Positions 61,859-64,000 of a stretch of 64,000 nt of DNA are shown here, piece after piece. The notes beneath the pieces were generated by a model that was not told where the DNA came from, made no database searches, and saw nothing but the letters and a program-made list of their open reading frames with translations. Origin of the DNA: Balneolales bacterium (GTDB lineage Bacteria > Bacteroidota > Rhodothermia > Balneolales > HLUCCA01); assembly GCA_024711145.1 (NCBI GenBank), contig JANJTJ010000002.1, positions 31,593-95,592 of the forward strand, in the 5' to 3' direction. Made by a program: the position numbers and the translations under genes. Numbering within the stretch: position 1 is the stretch's first letter; each line of letters starts with the position of its first letter.

Positions 61859-62458
61859 TCAGTCCTTGAGCAGGTGGGCGAACTCGCGCTGGAACTTGCG
61901 GATCTTCGGCGCGATCACCACCTGGCAATAGCCCGCGTTGGGGTTCAGCGCGAAATAATCCTGGTGGTAGTTCTCGGCCGTGTAGTAGTTCAGCAAGGGT
62001 TCCACCGCAGTCACGATGGGATCCTTCCACAGGCCTGAAGCCCCCACTTCGCGCATCACGCGCTCGGCCGTAGCCTTCTGTGCGGCGGTATGGTAGTAGA
62101 TCACCGACCGGTATTGGGGGCCCACATCGGCGCCCTGCCGGTTCAACGTGGTGGGGTCGTGCGTGTGGAAAAAGACATAGACCAGTTGCTCGTAGGTGAT
62201 CACCGACGGGTCGTAACTGAACCGGATGACCTCGGCATGGCCGGTGTCGCCATCGCTCACCTGCCGGTAGGTGGGGTTGGCCACATGGCCGCCGGAATAA
62301 CCGGATTCCACTTCGGAAACACCCTTGAGGCGTTCGAAAACGGCTTCCACACACCAAAAACAACCGGCACCGAAGGTGGCTTGTTCCATACGGAAAGGGG
62401 ATTGGGCTGACAGGGCCGGCACCAGGGCCAGGGCCATCAGGAGATGAAAGATGCGCAT
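61859..62458 (-). CDS. msrA: Peptide-methionine (S)-S-oxide reductase, exported form
   Basis: Signal peptide (VPALSA|Q), the active site GAGCFWCVE and HDPTTLNRQG. Confidence 0.92.
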   Translation of the reverse strand: MRIFHLLMALALVPALSAQSPFRMEQATFGAGCFWCVEAVFERLKGVSEVESGYSGGHVANPTYRQVSDGDTGHAEVIRFSYDPSVITYEQLVYVFFHTHDPTTLNRQGADVGPQYRSVIYYHTAAQKATAERVMREVGASGLWKDPIVTAVEPLLNYYTAENYHQDYFALNPNAGYCQVVIAPKIRKFQREFAHLLKD

Positions 62459-62631
62459 GCCGCATATAACGTACGGCGGCTCCTGTTAATTCCCCTAAAT
62501 TGAGGGGTTGAACCGCGCGCATCCGACTACTTCGGAGTGGATGAGAGGAAACACATCCGAGGTAGCCGGTGGCGCGTTCAAGGTCGGCTCATATCCGGAC
62601 GGGACAGAACTCATAACCTTAACGCATGGTA

Positions 62632-62646
62632 TTCACAAATCGTGAA
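62632..62646. promoter_or_regulatory. Palindromic operator candidate 1 (TTCACAAATCGTGAA)
   Basis: A perfect TTCAC-N5-GTGAA inverted repeat, with a second copy 30 nt downstream. Confidence 0.55.
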
Positions 62647-62661
62647 CAAGTCAACAGATGA

Positions 62662-62676
62662 TTCACAAAACGTGAA
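62662..62676. promoter_or_regulatory. Palindromic operator candidate 2 (TTCACAAAACGTGAA)
   Basis: It has the same arms as copy 1 and overlaps the proposed GTG start (62672) of the HTH gene. Confidence 0.55.
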
Positions 62677-62971
62677 TGAAATTTTCGACCGGGTGAAACG
62701 CGCCTATCGGTTAGCCAACGATGCCGAATTGGCCCGCCACCTGGGTATGCGACCGTCGGCGTTGTCCATGAACCGGGCGCGGAATACGGTGCCCTATGCG
62801 GCCATCATCGAACGGTGCGCCGGGTCGGACCTGAACCGCATCTTTCTGGGCACGGCGCCCGCACAGACCGGTACGGCCGCCGAAAAACCCGAGGCCTACG
62901 GAGACCTGAAGGCGCATCTGCTATCGGCGCGCAACGAGATCGATCGGGCGTTGGCGCGGTTGGAGGATTGA
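62672..62971 (+). CDS. Phage CI-repressor-like HTH protein (about 99 aa, start uncertain)
   Basis: IFDRVKRAYRLANDAELARHLGMRPSALSMNRARNTVPYAAIIERCAGSDLNRIFLG resembles the Phage_CI_repr N-terminal HTH domain. The ORF-track start (62537) would place the operators inside the coding sequence. Confidence 0.6.
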   Translation: MNEIFDRVKRAYRLANDAELARHLGMRPSALSMNRARNTVPYAAIIERCAGSDLNRIFLGTAPAQTGTAAEKPEAYGDLKAHLLSARNEIDRALARLED

Positions 62972-62996
62972 ACCCGCCGCCGTGGTACCTTCGGGC

Positions 62997-64000
62997 ATGC
63001 GTTTACGACATGCCGCCGGGCTCTTGGCAGCCCTGGCCTTCACCGCCTGCACCGAACCCGCCACCCAGCGGTTCGCCTCCCCGGCCGACTCGCTCTTCGG
63101 GCATTTGCCCGTGGAGATGGACGGGGCCTTGGCCGAACTCGATTCCATCGCCCGCAACCGGTGGGTCGATTCGGTATGGACCGCCTGGGCCCGCGAGGGT
63201 GCCGTGCCGGTGGTCACTACCGATACCGTGGTCTTCTTCTATCGTGGAAACGCCGTATCGGTGCGTTGGAACGGCGATTTCAACGGTTGGGGCCGGGTAG
63301 ATTCCATTCCCAACACGGGTACCCGGTTGCCCATGACCGACCTGTGGACCCTGGTGCTGCCTTTGCCCACCGATGCCCGGGTCGATTACAAAATCGTGGT
63401 GAACGACAGCCTGTGGATCCTGGATCCAGCGAATCCGGCGGTGCAATGGGGCGGAGCCGGGCCCAACTCGGAAGTCCGCATGCCTGGGTTCGTGCCCTCG
63501 CCCTTCGTCGGGGTGGAAGCGACCACTTCGGGCCGCATCCGCGGGCCGTTCCGCATGGCCAGCGCCGCCCTGGGGTACGACGTGGAATACCAGATCTACC
63601 TGCCGCCCGGGTGGCGCAGCGACCGCCGGTATCCGGTACTGGTGACCACCGACGGCCAGGAGTACCTGGATGACCGCCTCGGCGACCTGCGCCGCCAGGC
63701 CGACGCCCTCATCAGTTCGGGTCTGGTGCGGCCATTCATCATCGTAGGGGTGGATCCGCGCGATCCGGACGACCACCGCCGCAACCGGCGCATGGACGAA
63801 CTGATCGGCAACGGGAACTACGTCCGGTTCATCACCCGGGAATTGCTCGACAAAGTGAACCGGCAGTTCCCCTTGGCGGCCGAACCGGAGCAGCGCGCCT
63901 TGCTCGGCACCTCCCTGGGCGGCCTGTTCACCACCGACATCCTGGCCAACCATCCGGGCGTGTTCGGCAACTACATCATCCAATCGCCGGCCTACTGGGT
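62997..64000 (+). CDS. Esterase-family alpha/beta hydrolase lipoprotein with N-terminal E-set/CBM48-like domain (runs off the right edge)
   Basis: My translation from ATG 62997 reads MRLRHAAGLLAALAFTAC|TEP...VVFFYRGNAVSVRWNGDFNGW...VDYKIVVND...YQIYLPPGW...YPVLVTTDGQEY...LLGTSLGGLFT (GxSxG nucleophile). It resembles enterochelin-esterase-like proteins. It is open at the window end, so it is absent from the ORF track. Confidence 0.7.
   Translation, partial: MRLRHAAGLLAALAFTACTEPATQRFASPADSLFGHLPVEMDGALAELDSIARNRWVDSVWTAWAREGAVPVVTTDTVVFFYRGNAVSVRWNGDFNGWGRVDSIPNTGTRLPMTDLWTLVLPLPTDARVDYKIVVNDSLWILDPANPAVQWGGAGPNSEVRMPGFVPSPFVGVEATTSGRIRGPFRMASAALGYDVEYQIYLPPGWRSDRRYPVLVTTDGQEYLDDRLGDLRRQADALISSGLVRPFIIVGVDPRDPDDHRRNRRMDELIGNGNYVRFITRELLDKVNRQFPLAAEPEQRALLGTSLGGLFTTDILANHPGVFGNYIIQSPAYW

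Noticed and set aside
62537-62671. The upstream part of ORF 62537..62971 (MDERKHIRGSRWRVQG...).
   Set aside because: The sequence has no family resemblance and is lower in GC. It contains the two palindromic operator candidates, so it is more likely a regulatory region than coding sequence.
1-64000. A search by eye for CRISPR arrays, IS elements or transposases, integrases, prophage blocks, toxin-antitoxin pairs and known defence-system genes.
   Set aside because: No direct-repeat/spacer arrays, terminal inverted repeats or recombinase-like translations were seen. The only phage-flavoured element is the isolated CI-like HTH gene, and the only long DNA repeat is the 149 nt tract shared by the tandem paralogs.

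Overview
This 64 kb window is densely coding and high-GC (by eye about 65 percent). I found no rRNA, CRISPR array, transposase or integrase. The lineage looks like the FCB group (Bacteroidota, or Rhodothermota- or Kapabacteria-like). Four things support this: T9SS-type C-terminal sorting domains, TAnnTTTG-type -7 promoter boxes, an A|Q signal-peptide pattern in 11 of 11 exported non-lipoproteins, and an N-acyl-ornithine type arginine operon. Left to right the window holds: (1) the thrS-infC-rpmI-rplT-pheS-pheT cluster with tRNA-Val, then nusB-ychF. (2) A three-gene envelope module: a 2386 aa surface protein with about 17 CarboxypepD_reg-like modules, a PorV/PorQ-like barrel and a 554 aa barrel. 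(3) A GT2-deoC-ALDH-short ALDH-SPOR operon. (4) A long minus-strand string: DUF2795-like, bamA, cNMP-binding protein, rlmD, crtD-like, acyltransferase, GltS-like. (5) tatA-gatA-SDR-QC-like M28-prmA-ppx, then an RRM protein, an ECF sigma factor and queG. (6) An 11-gene translationally coupled string argG-X-argC-argD-argF'-argB-argE-argH-ARH-like-OsmC-metZ, preceded by an Arg-codon-rich mini-ORF and a strong terminator. (7) A Reg_prop/Y_Y_Y histidine kinase with two tandem secreted phosphodiester-glycosidase paralogs, tRNA-Leu, small membrane proteins, a CotH-like T9SS cargo, msrA, and an HTH repressor with twin palindromic operators. The two best candidates for new biology are gene X and the envelope module. 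X is an uncharacterised P-loop protein sitting where the missing first arginine-pathway enzyme would be, together with its putative Arg attenuator. All calls rest on reading the translations and the DNA by eye. No database search was run.
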